Under the pieces are notes generated by a model that saw nothing but the letters and a program-made list of their open reading frames with translations, was not told the origin of the DNA and searched no databases. This document shows positions 41,004 to 55,135 of a stretch of 64,000 bases of DNA, in pieces; position 1 is the first letter of the stretch, and each line of letters begins with the position of its first letter. The stretch comes from Eukaryota sp. TZLM1-RC (Eukaryota; Protista; Metamonada: BaSk clade): assembly GCA_040285825.1 (NCBI GenBank), contig JAUPSS010000007.1, positions 1,078,501 through 1,142,500 of the forward strand, in the 5' to 3' direction. Position numbers and translations under genes: made by a program.

Positions 41004-43488
41004 GCCAAAAAATTGTTTGAAAAGTTGAACTCAATTTCTGACAAAATTGACCGAATGACGAATTTAGATATAAAAAAAACACATCAAATTTACCATTATA
41101 AGACTGTGTTTTAGTTCCAATTTTAATCATATATTTCGATCTACAAATCCTCTCGTCACTAGACCTTTGGCTCAAAAGTTTAATGAGTTACGTGCAAAAG
41201 TTCTGTCTCAATTACTGGGATGTAAAATGTTTCAAATTCCAGATCATGCTTACCTTTTTTTTTAAAATTTAATTTTATTCTAAACCTATAAATCAACATC
41301 TAAAAAATCCATCTCTCCCAAAACAAAAACACTAGATGCAACTCTCTCATAGTGAGATCCAAGAGAAAGCAAAGCATCAGAAACCATCTTCAACATCCCC
41401 TTAAAAATAGAAAACACAATTCTTTTTTGCCAAAACAATCTGTTGAAATTTCTGCCAGTTCTTCTCTTTACAATCATTTCAAAATCATCCAAAAAACGTA
41501 CAGCAGTTGGTGCAAGTGAACCAAAAAGGGAAAATACAAATGGATACAAATTGTATTTTGCATGCTGTAGACTGGCCAATTTGGACAAAGGTTCATTGTA
41601 TTTTTTGAATTTAAAATTTTCAGCATTTGAAAGGGGATTATGAATTTCAGAATTAACAAGCCTTTCATTTGAGGCATTACAAGGATCAACAGACATTACA
41701 TCCAATAAAATGAAGCTTCCATCTAATCCAGGTAATATGACATCACCTCTATTATTCTTATGAAAATCATTTTCAGCATCAAACAGATTTGACAACAAAG
41801 GTTCCAAGAAGGATTCAATTCTATGAGATTTACACATACAATATAACTGGTCTCTTACAGCATCATGAACCTTGCTTCTAAAAGTAATATAATGTTTACA
41901 ATTTAACAAATGAGTAGTTGTAATTTCTCGAGAACATTTACATTTACATTTACATTTATTTATGAGGTAAATTATCAGGCCAGATAAAGGAACGAAATCT
42001 CATATTCAGAGTCCAAGCAGAATCGGATAAGAGAGTACCATAAACTTGTGGAATTGTTGTTACTAAGGCAGAAGAAGTACTGTCACACATATCTTGTGAA
42101 AGATTTGCAAAAGCGGGATTCTTCTTCTTGGCCAAGCCAAGTCTAACATCAAAATCCAAGCTTTCAAAAATCTTTGACAATTTTTGTTGAAGCTTTTTAC
42201 AGCAAAACTGTAAATTAAATAGAGATCGGTTTGGAATTTCTTGAATTGATTGAGGAAAACATTTGGTCCAAATTTGTGGCGGTAATTTTTAGAGTTCACA
42301 AGATAACTCATACAAATAGGGACTACAATTGGGGTTAAGTTAATAATTAATTCCATCGAAGTTCCATATATTGATTATACTTCAACTAGTTTCTGCTTTC
42401 TGGGTTGCTATTTAGGTTCCGCCGAAAAGACACTTGACAGCCTTGAAAATTATTTAAATTCAATTAAAAAAGAGCTAGAAGTCAAAAAAACTCTTGAATT
42501 GGAAAAACATCTTAAGTTTTTTCTTTTGAAAATTTGTTATGCTGGAAAAATTACTCATTTACTGCGATCATTACCTCCATCCCTAACTTACAATTTTTGT
42601 AGACAATTTAACAAAATACGTACCCAATTTTTGGCTTATTTAATGTCTGTTGATCCATCAATTTTGAAAAATCATATTTTTTCGGATGTTCAACTTGTCG
42701 GTGTTGGATTCAATTCATCAAAATATTTGACCAAAGCTGCATTTATTGGTGGTGGAAAAAATTTTGTATTTGAATTCTCTAGAAGATATCCTTTTGCCGA
42801 AAATCTTCTTGAAAATACAAATAGCATATTCCTGGATAACTTAAGAGAAGAAATATCCAGTTTATCTCCCGACTTATGGCAATCATGTTTCCCCATATCC
42901 ATTCAAGAAATTCCAGACAGAAGTTTATATTCATTAAAATTTGCGTTGAAAAAGCTCCAACGACATCTTTTGAAAAATTTTGAAAACAAGGATTTTATTG
43001 TTCGACTTAGCACGGCTAAGAAAGCCTCTTTTCCTTTCCTGCTTTTGCCAATTTTTTGATTGATTTGAAGGACAGTTCATCTGCAGTTTTGATAAATCAA
43101 ATTCCCCAGATTTATGGTCTATTTTTGAATGACGACCAATGGACCACTGCTATGAGAATGCGTTGTTATTTATGGCCTTGAAATTTGCCCAATGATTTGT
43201 TTTGTAAAAGTGGAGCTGGTTTGACATTATCACATTTATTTAATTGTAATAGATATATTTCCTATTGTTCTACGTTGCATGATGCAGTTAGAGATCAAAT
43301 CCATGCAATGTGTAATTCCTATCATATTGAATCTTTTGTAGAACCTTTGTTGAGGTCTCTTGATATAAATGAAAGCGTAAGAGATTCAGAATATGGAAAA
43401 CGACGTGCTGATGTTGTTGTGCCCTCGTTTGATGATGTAATGAATGTTGTTGATGTCGTAACAGTGGATGTATGCAAGAAAAATGCCT

Positions 43489-46400
43489 AAAAAAAAGTAT
43501 GCAAACCCTTTAAAAGAATTGAAACATGTTCGCCATGTAGATTACCTAATTTGCCCATTTGCTATATCGTTGTATGGTCGTCTTGGAAAAACTTTTTTTT
43601 AAAATTTAATTTTATTCTAAACCTATAAATCAACATCTAAAAAATCCATCTCTCCCAAAACAAAAACACTAGATGCAACTCTCTCATAGTGAGATCCAAG
43701 AGAAAGCAAAGCATCAGAAACCATCTTCAACATCCCCTTAAAAATAGAAAACACAATTCTATTTTGCCAAAACAATCTGTTGAAATTTCTGCCAGCTCTT
43801 CTCTTTACAATCATTTCAAAATCATCCAAAAAACGTAAAGCAGTTGGTGCAAGTGAACCAAAAAGGGAAAATGCAAATGGATACAAATTGTATTTTGCAT
43901 GCTGTAGACTGGCCAATTTGGACAAAGATTCATTGTATTTTTTGAATTTAAAATTTTCAGCATTTGAAAGGGGATTATGAATTTCAGAATTAACAAGCCT
44001 TTCATTTGAGGCATTACAAGGATCAACAGACATTACATCCAATAAAATGAAGCTTCCATCTAATCCAGGTAATATGACATCACCTCTATTATTCTTATGA
44101 AAATCATTTTCAGCATCAAACAGATTTGACAACAAAGGTTCCAAGAAGGATTCAATTCTATGAGATTTACACATACAATATAACTGGTCTCTTACAGCAT
44201 CATGAACCTTGCTTCTAAAAGTAATAAAATGTTTACAATTTAACAAATGAGTAGTTGTAATTTCTCGAGAACATTTACAAATTAAATTATGAGGTAAATT
44301 ATCAGGCCAGATAAAGGAACGAAATCTCATATTCAGAGTCCAAGCAGAATCGGATAAGAGAGTACCATAAACTTGTGGAATTGTTGTTACTAAGGCAGAA
44401 GAAGTACTGTCACACATATCTTGTAAAAGATTTGCAAAAGCGGGATTCTTTTTCTTGGCCAAGCCAAGTCTAACATCAAAATCCAAGCTTTCAAAAATCT
44501 TTGACAATTTTTGTTGAAGCTTTTTACAGCAAAACTGTAAATTAAATAGAGATCGGTTTGGAATTTCTTGAATTGATTGAGGAAAACATTTGGTCCAAAT
44601 TTGTGGCGGTAATTTTTCAAGTTCGCAAGATAACTCATACAAATAGTGACTACAATTGGGGACTAACAGATGAGAATCATCAGGAAATCTACGAGAAAAT
44701 TCATAAATAAAATTTTGCCACCACCCAAGAATGCTGATTGACACAAAATTGAAGATTTAGTAAATCCAATACCCCCAAATTTGCTGAAGAAAATAAATGG
44801 CTTTTCAACATTCCTGGTTCTACATCCAATAAATCAGCAAAAAAATTCTGTTCTCAATGAATTAAAAGAACGACAAAAATCTAATGCTACGGAAGGAGCA
44901 CAAGATCTCAAAATGTGGGTTATTCTCCCAGTGTAGCAAATTTTAAGCATGAAAAATTTAATATGCTTTTCTATATCTAAAGAAGAAATTGAATCAAGTT
45001 CAATTTTCATTTTTTCCAAAATAACTTGCAATTCATTCTGAATTTGAGGCACATTTCCTAACCAACAACCAAGGAACTTAAAAGCATCACTACTATAATT
45101 AGTAAAAGGGACAATAGAATCGTTTATCACGAGGTCTTGAGCAGAAGAGCCAATCAGAAGGCATTTGCTGGCATTAAGGTGAAGCCCAATATTTTCATAT
45201 GAATCGGCAATTTCTTGAGCAATCAATTCTAGTAAATCAAACGAACCAATCAAGGATATATCATCCATATAAGCAACTATTTTTATAGAAGGGTATTTTT
45301 GCTTAATGATATTTAAAGTTTTGTGAATAGCTAAACAAAACAATAATGGGCCTAAAGGATCTCCCTGCTTCACTCCAGAAGATGATTTAAGACCAAATGA
45401 ATTAAAAATTAAATCTGATTCTTTCCCATAAAAATGGTAGAAAAAACTCGATAGCTCAGGAAAATCAGATTTAAAAACTTCAAAAATTGCTTCTCGCTTT
45501 ACAGAATTAAAAGCATTTTTAAAGTCGAGATTAAAAATAAAATTATTTTCCTCTGCATTAAAAAAGGTATCAGAGGCAATAGCAGCAACAGAAGCACCAT
45601 CAATTGTTTTGATTCCAATTGATGAGGATTCAAAAATGTAGAAGCTTTGTCTTTGACACGATCGAAGTCAATTGATGCCACCAAACGAGATAGAGATTCA
45701 CCAACAGCAATTGGGCGTATTCCATTAGGTTTGATTCCGTTTCCAGGCTTTACTAAAGCAATCAGACGTGCTGCGAGTAATTCAAATGGAGGATTAATTT
45801 TCAAAACAATCAATTGTTGAAAATAGTGGGCTAGATCATCAGCAATTTCGGGAGCACTGGAACACGCTATTTTTAACAGATCAAAAGAAATTCCAGATGG
45901 ACCTTCTGCTTTCCCCTTTGGCAATTTTTGAATAGCTTTATGAACTTCAACTGCAGTAATAGGATTTTCAATCCAAAAAGGACACACTTCAGGCTTGCTG
46001 CACTGGAAATTTTCTTGAGGATGCAACTTTTGAAGTTTTTCAAGGGTATCAGAGTTTGCATCAGCCAAAGAAGAGGAAAACAAAGACTGCTTTGCGGCAC
46101 CATAACGACCACGTAAGCACAATTTTCGGCAAATTTTTGATTTTACAATTTTTCTATTTCCAAATTTTTTCTTAAAACAATTTTTGTTTTTTCTAGCAAA
46201 ATATTTCCAGAAGGATGAAATATTCCACTTATTATTTTTCAATTCAGAAGTAAAATTTCTCATTTCCATTGAGAAGGGGATTGTGCTGGCGGGACTTATT
46301 TCTACTGGGATCCGGATCGGGGGTCTTACGGTATCAACGGCTTTACAATTCGTACAAAACAGAAGTTTTCGACCATTTCGTGAATCTGCAACATCTTTTT

Positions 46401-47347
46401 TTGCAAAATGGACAACAAAAATTACTGTTTTCAGAAGGGGAAGAAGAGGGAACACTAGAAGCATTTAACTGTTGATCGTCAGAAACATAATTTTCAGCAC
46501 CTTTCACAACGGCAACAGCTGGAACAGAACATTTGAGAATTTGTTGAGCAGATTTTAATTCAAATTCTCTTTTTTGTTTCTCAGGGCACGTTCTCGAATT
46601 ATGACCACTGATACCACAAATCGAACATTTTTTAGAACCTTTTTAATGGCAGTGGTTTCATTTTTTCAGTTCTTTCAATTTTGTCAATTTTTGAGTTAAA
46701 AGTAGAAATAGACTTTTGACTTTTTGCAGTTTCAGCTGGAGAAAACAAATTTCGAGAAACGGAGTTGTTAATAGAACGCGCAACAGAACGCAAGGAACGT
46801 AATGGTGGTTTTTCTGTGTTTTTTCTGGTACAATGATCAGTTTTTGAATGAAAATTTTTTTGAGATGAATTTCGAGCATAGCTTGTATTGTGGGGAGAGT
46901 GGGGAAGTGGAATGGATGAGCTTGATCTGACTGGTAGAATCTTTGCTTGGGCGTTCCAATCAGTATCAGAGTCACTATCAGCCAAAGGCATCGTTTTGAC
47001 AGAGAAACAGTACGACTTTGACGCCTTGACAGAAAGTGAAATATGAAAGGGTTGACTAAGGGAGGGAGAAAAAAAAATCTTGGAAAAACTGCTTTTAATT
47101 TTATTGATGATTTTGAAAATCTTGTGAAAAAAAGAATGAATAAGCGTTTTGATCGTCGTTTGTGGCTAAATCGTATTGTTTTTACTATTTTCAAATCAAT
47201 TCCTAAAATGATTTCGAAAGCTTTAATGTCTGTCAGTGCACATTATGAAAACATTGCTGCTGTAAGGTTTGATGGTGTGGAAGCTTGTTTTGAAGATATT
47301 GACTTTTAGACTGTGGTTTTGAAAATAAATTAAAAGTATGAAAAAAA
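43489..47347 (+). mobile_element. Family B 3' fragment in B (level 4)
   Basis: TSD AAGAAAAATGCCT at 43476 and 47348. Confidence 0.85.
43594..47077 (-). mobile_element. Full-length family A element (3,484 bp) in B (level 5)
   Basis: TSD TCTTGGAAAAACT at 43581 and 47078; T9 leader; ATG 46991 to stop 43623 (~1,122 aa), broken only by 1-bp homopolymer indels; knuckle CSICGISGHNSRTC. Confidence 0.92.
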
Positions 47348-49054
47348 AAGAAAAATGCCTTGAAAAATGCTCAATCCGAAGTATCCCCCCTTGATGACTC
47401 CGAATTGTACAAACGGAAAAAGTATGCAAATCCTTTAAAAGAATTGAAACATGTTCGCCATGTAGATTACCAAATTTGCCCATTTGCTATATCGTTGTAT
47501 GGTCGTCTTGGAAAAACTGCTTTGAATTTTATTGATGATTTTGAAAATCTTGTGAAAAAAAGAATGAATAAGCGTTTTGATCGTCGCTTGTGGCTAAATC
47601 GTATTGTTTTTACTATTTTCAAATCAATTCCTAAAATGATTTCGAAAGCTTTAATGTCTGTCAGTGCACATTATGAAAACATTGCTGCTGTAAGGTTTGA
47701 TGGTGTGGAAGCTTGTTTTGAAGCTATTGACTTTTAGACTGTGGTTTTGAAAATAAATTAAAAAAAAACAATTGGGGACTAACAGATGAGAATCATCAGG
47801 AAATCTACGAGAAAATTCATAAATAAAATTTTTGCCACCACCCAGGAATGCTGATTGACACAAAATTGAAGATTTAGTAAAACCAATACCACCCAAATTT
47901 GCTGAAGAAAATAAATGGCTTTTCAACATTCCTGGTTCTACATCCAATAAATCAGCAAAAAAATTCTGTTCTCAATGAATTAAAAGAACGACAAAAATCT
48001 AATGCTATGGAAGGAGCACAAGATCTCAAAATGTGGGTTATTCTCCCAGTGTAGCAAATTTTAAGCATGAAAAATTTAATATGCTTTTCTATATCTAAAG
48101 AAGAAATTGAATCAAGTTCAATTTTCATTTTTCCAAAATAACTTGCAATTCATTCTGAATTTGAGGCACATTTCCTAACCAACAACCAAGGAACTTAAAA
48201 GCATCACTACTATAATTAGTAAAAGGGACAATAGAATCGTTTATCACGAGGTCTTGAGCAGAAGAGCCAATCAGAAGGCATTTGCTGGCATTAAGATGAA
48301 GCCCAATATTTTCATATGAATCGGCAATTTCTTGAGCAACCAATTCTAGTAAATCAAATGAACCAATCAAGGATATATCATCCATATAAGCAACTATTTT
48401 TATAGAAGGGTATTTTTGCTTAATGATATTTAAAGTTTTGTGAATAGCTAAACAAAACAATAATGGCCCTAAAGGATCTCCCTGCTTCACTCCAGAAGAT
48501 GATTTAAGACCAAATGAATTAAAAATTAAATCTGATTCTTTCCCATAAAAATGGTAGAAAAAACTCGATAGCTCAGGAAAATCAGATTTAATAACTTCAA
48601 AAATTGCTTCTCGCTTTACAGAATTAAAAGCATTTTTAAAGTCGAGATTAAAAATAAAATTATTTTCCTCTGCATTAAAAAAGGTATCAGAGGCAATAGC
48701 AGCAACAGAAGCACCATCAATTGTTTTGATTCCAAATTGATGAGGATTCAAAAATGTAGAAGCTTTGTCTTTGACACGATCATGCTTACCTTAGTCCACA
48801 TTATGGTGGTTTAGGGTGGACGAAGGCTTCTATTCTTACCTCGTGTGCTTTTGTTGGTGGATGCAGAAATGCAATCTTTGAGTTTTCCGAAAGATTTGCA
48901 GATTGGGAAGATTTATTGATGACAACGCAAAGTTCCACTGTTTTTGCATTAAATGAAGAAATTTCAAGAATTGATGTAGAAAAATGGGGTCGATGTTTTC
49001 CCCAATCATTCAATGGCAATATTCCAGAAAAAAATGTCTTAAATTTGAAGTACA

Positions 49055-49146
49055 ATCAAGATTTTGTAGAGGAAATCTTGGTTTAATGATAGTCGTCCCA
49101 TTAGTTATGATTTAATTTAATCAAGTGTGCAAATTCAATAAATACA
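49055..49146 (+). mobile_element. 92-bp family C 3' tip inserted in C
   Basis: TSD AAGTACA at 49048 and 49147. Confidence 0.8.
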
Positions 49147-49222
49147 AAGTACACTCTTCGAACATTACAGAAAAGATTGACTGGAATGTATGAAAAAGAT
49201 CTTTATAATAATATATGCAGCT

Positions 49223-50405
49223 TTTTTTTTATAAATTTTTTTATTAATTATAATTTTATTCAAAACCTACAAATCAACATCTAAAAAATCCATCTCTCCC
49301 AAAACAAAAACACTAGATGCAACTCTCTCATAGTGAGATCCAAGAGAAAGCAAAGCATCAGAGACCATCTTCAACATCCCCTTCAAAATAGAAAACACGA
49401 TTCTATTTTGCCAAAACAATCTGTTGAAATCTCTGCCAGTTCTTCTCTTTACAATCATTTCAAAATCATCCAAAAAACGTAAAGCAGTTGGTGCAAGTGA
49501 ACCAAAAAGGGAAAATACAAATGGATACAAATTGTATTTTGCATGCTGTAGACTGGCCAATTTGGACAAAGGTTCATTGTATTTTTTGAATTTGAAATTT
49601 TCTGCATTTGAAAGAGGATTTTGAATTTCAGAATTAGCAAGCCTTTCATTTGAGGCATTACAAGGATCAACAGACATTACATCCAATAAAATGAAGTTTC
49701 CATCTAATCCAGGTAATATAACATCACCTCTATTATTCTTATGAAAATCATCTTCAGCATCAAACACATTTGACAACAGAGGTTCCAAGAAGGATTCAAT
49801 TCTATGAGACTTACACATACAATATAACTGGTCTCTTACAGCATCATGAACCTTGCTTCTAAAAGTAATAAAATGTTTACAATTTAACAAATGAGTAATT
49901 GTAATTTCTCGAGAACATTTACAAATTAAATTATGAGGTAAATTATCAGGCCAGATAAAGGAACGAAATCTCATATTCAGAGTCCAAGCAGAATCGGTTA
50001 AGAGAGTACCATAAACTTGGGGAATTGTTGTTACTAAGGCAGAAGAAGTATTGTCACACATATCTTTTTTTTTATTTTTTTAATTTATTTTCAAAACCAC
50101 AGTCTAAAAGTCAATATCTTCAAAACAAGCTTCCACACCATCAAACCTTACAGCAGCAATGTTTTCATAATGTGCACTGACAGACATTAAAGCTTTCGAA
50201 ATACACATATCTTGTAAAAGATTTGCAAAAGCGGGATTCTTCTTCTTGGCCAAGCCAAGTCTAACATCAAAATCCAAGCTTTCAAAAATCTTTGACAATT
50301 TTTGTTGAAGCTTTTTACAGCAAAACTGTAAATTAAAAAGAGATCGGTTTGGAATTTCTTGAATTGATTGAGGAAAACATTTGGTCCAAATTTGTGGCGG
50401 CAATT
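49223..50405 (-). mobile_element. Family A 3' fragment in C, itself carrying a B 3' tip (50067-50202)
   Basis: TSD ATATATGCAGCT (49211, 50406); inner TSD ACACATATCTT (50056, 50203). Confidence 0.9.
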
Positions 50406-51310
50406 ATATATGCAGCTCGGCTGTTTTAAATCAAGATCTTCACTCATTGTTATTGGAAAAGGGTGTTTGTGAAAACAAGTCGTCAGATTCTTCACTTTTT
50501 GTAACCATTGTACCACGAAGATTTGGATTGTGTGCCACTAATGAAGCATTTGTAACAAAAATGAGATTATATTTGAACATCCCCATTAACCAATTATTAT
50601 CAAATGAAAAAAGTATTTGTTCGAATTCACCTCAACTCACTTTGCGCCATGCTCTGAATTGCTCTAAATTGATAACTTATCGTTCATCATTACATGATGC
50701 TGTTAGAGACACTGATTTCAATATGGCACGAACTGCAAGGATATCGTGTATCAAAGAGCCCTTGCTGAAGGAAACACTTTCTCTGAATAATTTTGGTTCT
50801 GATGATAGAGGTGATGTATACTGTGATTGGATTGATAATTCTGAAGCTATTGTTGACTTTGTCTCATGTAATGTTGCAAATGATACTTTGCTTCACAGAA
50901 GAATACTTAATCCGGTGGCTGCTTTGGATTTTAAAGCAAAAGAGAAACATAGAAAATATGATAAAGATATTGAAGAGGCAAATGTCGATAGAAATACACA
51001 GCTGGTTTTTCTTGCTTTCCCATTTTCGATAAATGGAAGATTATCAGTTGAAGCAGAAACTTTTTTGGATGACTTCCAAAAAATGGTGCAAGAAAAAACA
51101 ATGAAAAGATTTGATATTTTTTTATGGCGTTCACGGATTCAATTTGCCATTATTAATAGATTACCGCGGTTTTTCAATCGAATTAGAGAAGAATTAGCTA
51201 GACAGCAAGCAAATTAAGATTTTGTAGAGGAAATCTTGGTTCAATGATAGTCGTCCCATTAGTTATGATTCAATTTAATTAAGTGTGCAAATTCAATTAA
51301 TCCAATATCC

Positions 51311-53248
51311 TAAATGTGGAGCTGGTTTGACATTATCACATTTATTTAATTGTAATAGATTTATTTCCTATCGTTCTACGTTGCATGATGCAGTCAGAGA
51401 TCAAATCCATGCAATGTGTAATTCCTATCATATTGAATCTTTTGTAGAACCTTTGCTGAGGTCTGTTGATATAAATGAAAGCGTAAGAGATTCAGAATAT
51501 GGAAAACGACGTGCTGATGTTGTTGTGCCCTCGTTGATGATGTCTTGAATGTTGTTGATGTTGTAACAGTGGATGTTTGGAAGAAAAATGCCTTGAAAAA
51601 TGCTCAATCCGAAGTATCCCCCCTTTTTGTTGAAAAGCCATTTATTTTCTTCAGCAAATTTGGGTGGTTTTTGGTTTTACTCAATCTTCAATTTTGTGTC
51701 AATCAGCATTCTTGGGTGGTGGCAAAAATTTTATTTATGAATTTTCTCGTAGATTTCCTGATGATTCTCATCTGTTAGTCCCCAATTGTAGTCCCTATTT
51801 GTATGAGTTATCTTGTGAACTTGAAAAATTACCGCCACAAATTTGGACCAAATGTTTTCCTCAATCAATTCAAGAAATTCCAAACCGATCTCTATTTAAT
51901 TTACAGTTTTGCTGTAAAAAGCTTCAACAAAAATTGTCAAAGATTTTTGAAAGCTTGGATTTTGATGTTAGACTTGGCTTGGCCAAGAAAAAGAATCCCG
52001 CTTTTGCAAATCTTTTACAAGATATGTGTGACAGTACTTCTTCTGCCTTAGTAACAACAATTCCACAAGTTTATGGTACTCTCTTATCCGATTCTGCTTG
52101 GACTCTGAATATGAGATTTCGTTCCTTTATCTGGCCTGATAATTTACCTCATAATTTAATTTGTAAATGTTCTCGAGAAATTACAACTACTCATTTGTTA
52201 AATTGTAAACATTTTATTACTTTTAGAAGCAAGGTTCATGATGCTGTAAGAGCCCAGTTATATTGTATGTGTAAATCTCATAGAATTGAATCCTTCTTGG
52301 AACCTTTGTTGTCAAATCTGTTTGATGCTGAAAATGATTTTCATAAGAATAATAGAGGTGATGTCATATTACCTGGATTAGATGGAAGCTTCATTTTATT
52401 GGATGTAATGTCTGTTGATCCTTGTAATGCCTCAAATGAAAGGCTTGTTAATTCTGAAATTCATAATCCCCTTTCAAATGCTGAAAATTTTAAATTCAAA
52501 AATACAATGAACCTTTGTCCAAATTGGCCAGTCTACAGCATGCAAAATACAATTTGTATCCATTTGTATTTTCCCTTTTGGTTCACTTGCACCAACTGCT
52601 TTACGTTTTTTGGATGATTTTGAAATGATTGTAAAGAGAAGAACTGGCAGAAATTTCAACAGATTGTTTTGGCAAAATAGAATTGTGTTTTCTATTTTTA
52701 AGGGGATGTTGAAGATGGTTTCTGATGCTTTGCTTTCTCTTGGATCTCACTATGAGAGAGTTGCATCTAGTGTTTTTGTTTTGGGAGAGATGGATTTTTT
52801 AGATGTTGATTTATAGGTTTAGAATAAAATTAAATTTTAAAAAAAAATCCGAAGTATCCCCCCTTGATGACTCCGAATTGTACAAACGGAAAAAATATGC
52901 AAATCCTTTAAAAGAATTGAAACATGTTCGCCATGTAGATTACCAAATTTGCCCATTTGCTATATCGTTGTATGGTCGTCTTGGAAAAACTGCTATGAAT
53001 TTTATTGATGATTTTGAAAATCTTGTGAAAAGAAGAATGAATAAGCGTTTTGATCGTCGCTTGTGGCTAAATCGTATTGTTTTTACTATTTTCAAATCAA
53101 TTCCTAAAATGATTTCGAAAGCTTTGATGTCTGTCAGTGCACATTACGAAGAAATTGCTGTTGTGAGGTTTGATGGTGTGGAAGCTTGTTTTGAAGATAT
53201 TGACTTTTAGACTGTAGTTTAATAATAAATTAAAATTAAATTAAAAAA
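51311..53248 (+). mobile_element. Family B 3' part interrupted by family A (51626-52845, +)
   Basis: 20-bp TSD AATCCGAAGTATCCCCCCTT at 51606 and 52846. Confidence 0.9.
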
Positions 53249-53500
53249 TATTTTCATATGAATCGGCAATTTCTTGAGCAACCAATTCTAGTAAATCAAA
53301 TGAACCAATCAAGGATATATCATCCATATAAGCAACTATTTTTATAGAAGGGTATTTTTGCTTAATGATATTTAAAGTTTTGTGAATAGCTAAACAAAAC
53401 AATAACGGGCCATAAAATTGCCGATTCATATGAAAATATTGGGCTTCACCTTAATGCCAGCAAATGCCTTCTGATTGGCTCTTCTGCTCAAGACCTCGTG

Positions 53501-55135
53501 AACTTTTCAAACAATTTTTTGGTAATTTCATCATTATTTCCTAAAAACGAACCCAAATGACGAATAGCAGCAATTGAATATAATTTGGCTTGAATTGGAA
53601 TATCATCAATTATTGTGGAAACTGGAGAATTCGATAACAAAACACATTTAAGTAAATTAAGTCGGAGACCAATTTTGGTAAATAATTCTTTAAAACATAC
53701 AGTTGCTTTTTTCACAATATTTAAATCACCAATAAGCACAACATCATCCATATATGCAATCATTTTTAGCGAAGGAAACATCTCTTGAATTTGCAGTAGA
53801 ATAGGATGAATGGCCAAACAAAACAAAAGAGGTCCTAACGGATCTCCTTGCTTTACGCCACTTGATGAACTCAAAATGTTTTTTTTAAAATTTAATTTTA
53901 TTCTAAACCTATAAATCAACATCTAAAAAATCCATCTCTCCCAAAACAAAAACACTAGATGCAACTCTCTCATAGTGAGATCCAAGAGAAAGCAAAGCAT
54001 CAGAGACCATCTTCAACATCCCCTTCAAAATAGAAAACACGATTCTATTTTTGCCAAAACAATCTGTTGAAATTTCTGCCAGTTCTTCTCTTTACAATCA
54101 TTTCAAAATCATCCAAAAAACGTAAAGCAGTTGGTGCAAGTGAACCAAAATGGGAAAATACAAATGGATACAAATTGTATTTTGCATGCTGTAGACTGGC
54201 CAATTTGGACAAAGGTTCATTGTATTTTTTGAATTTAAAATTTTCAGCATTTGAAAGGGGATTATGAATTTCAGAATTAACAAGCCTTTCATTTGAGGCA
54301 TTACAAGGATCAACAGACATTACATCCAATAAAATGAAGCTTCCATCTAATCCAGGTAATATGACATCACCTCTATTATTCTTATGAAAATCATTTTCAG
54401 CATCAAACAGATTTGACAACAAAGGTTCCAAGAAGGATTCAATTCTATGAGATTTACACATACAATATAACTGGTCTCTTACAGCATCATGAACCTTGCT
54501 TCTAAAAGTAATAAAATGTTTACAATTTAAGAAATGAGTAATTGTAATTTCTCGAGAACATTTACAAATTAAATTATGAGGTAAATTATCAGGCCAGATA
54601 AAGGAACGAAATCTCATATTCAGAGTCCAAGCAGAATCAGTTAAGAGAGTACCATAAACTTGAGGAATTGTTGTTACTAAGGCAGAAGAAGTACTGTCAC
54701 ACATATCTTGTAAAAGATTTGCAAAAGCGGGATTCTTTTTCTTGGCCAAGCCAAGTCTAACATCAAAATCCAAGCTTTCAAAAATCTTTGACAATTTTTG
54801 TTGAAGCTTTTTACAGCAAAACTGTAACTTAAAAAGAGATCGGTTTGGAATTTCTTGAATTGATTGAGGAAAACATTTGGTCCAAATTTGTGGTGGCAAT
54901 TTTTCAAGTTCACAAGATAACTCATACAAATATGGACTGCAACTGGGAACTAACAGATGAGAATCATTAGGAAATCTACGAGAAAATTCATAAATAAAAT
55001 TTTTGCCACCACCCAAGAATGCTGATTGACACAAAATTGAAGATTTAGTAAATCCAATACCACCCAAATTTGCTGAAGAAAATAAGTGCCTTTTCAACAT
55101 TCCTGGTTCTACATCCAACAAATCAGCAAAAAAAA
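53501..55135 (-). mobile_element. Family A 3' part joined to family C RT fragment (same junction as 57958)
   Basis: A ORF 54045-55145, tail, then AACATTTTGAGTTCATC... C sequence to 53501. Confidence 0.85.

Larger units (their letters stand above)
42335..47767 (+). mobile_element. Family B, 5'-truncated, in A (level 3)
   Basis: TSD ACAATTGGGG at 42325 and 47768. Confidence 0.9.
41257..48777 (-). mobile_element. Family A, 5'-truncated, in C (level 2)
   Basis: TSD GATCATGCTTACCTT at 41242 and 48778; A sequence 41257-42334 and 47768-48777. Confidence 0.9.
41004..51300 (+). mobile_element. Family C, 5'-truncated; outer shell of the five-level nest
   Basis: C sequence at 41004-41256, 48778-49054, 49147-49222 and 50406-51300, joined across TSDs. 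Confidence 0.88.

Noticed and set aside
41933-41958. (ACATTT)4 run inside a family A copy as a target microsatellite
   Set aside because: A local slippage expansion of the element's own ACATTTACA sequence, with no insertion there.
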